From Balanoglossus misakiensis (lineage: Eukaryota; Animalia; Hemichordata), in contig CM082584.2 in NCBI GenBank assembly GCA_040954595.2, forward strand, positions 12,306,875 through 12,370,874: a DNA stretch of 64,000 bases, written 5' to 3'. This document shows positions 63,864-64,000 of this stretch, one piece after another. The translations under genes and the position numbers were made by a program. The stretch's first letter is position 1. Each line of letters opens with the position of its first letter. Under the pieces are notes generated by a model. It saw only the letters and a program-made list of their open reading frames with translations, searched no databases and was not told the origin of the DNA.

Positions 63864-64000
63864 CTACAAATAAATGAAAAAACAAGCGCGGATTGAGAAT
63901 CAATGCAAAAAGGTGACTCCTTATTTCTGTTATGAGTCAAGTTCTTTTTTATCTAGGACGTGTTATCAACAAAATAAGTTAAATGTCATATATAAGCTGA

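Overview
A 64-kb, moderately AT-rich animal (bilaterian invertebrate) genomic window with GT-AG spliceosomal introns. It is mostly non-coding, and the six-frame ORF track is almost all noise. Two genes can be read from the sequence, both on the minus strand. (1) A complete mir-137 hairpin at ~22.54-22.63 kb, with the invertebrate-type mature arm UUAUUGCUUGAGAAUACACGUAG and canonical basal-UG and CNNC processing motifs, inside a gene desert rich in RFX, YY1 and homeodomain motifs. (2) The 3' part of a prohormone/neuropeptide-like gene at 59.9-63.9 kb that the ORF track misses. Twelve phase-1 microexons (15-45 nt) strictly alternate between an acidic spacer ending in KR and a peptide exon starting VFWV[D/E/Q]KK. 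A 48-nt linker exon and a last exon encoding an 8-Cys domain follow. Spliced partial protein (195 aa, first residue assumes an upstream G): ENADEKR-VFWVDKKN-APAEDLDKR-VFWVEKKDNGLYGDL-DAAKR-VFWVDKKDAKA-DDKDKR-VFWVDKKDASAT-GDQDKR-VFWVQKKASD-DDKDKR-VFWVEKKDADK-ADEVIRTTLIRSGVIL-DCYTLLCTGDVEECAASCDEKGGQSVCLSSCKNLSDRCLDGCAQLEDMGMRTDVLQHLMSEDAKILPNFDAEI*. The 5' end and signal peptide lie beyond the window. There are also two inverted copies of a ~185-bp MITE with a TTAA target site, and several microsatellites. All analysis was by eye; no database searches were run.
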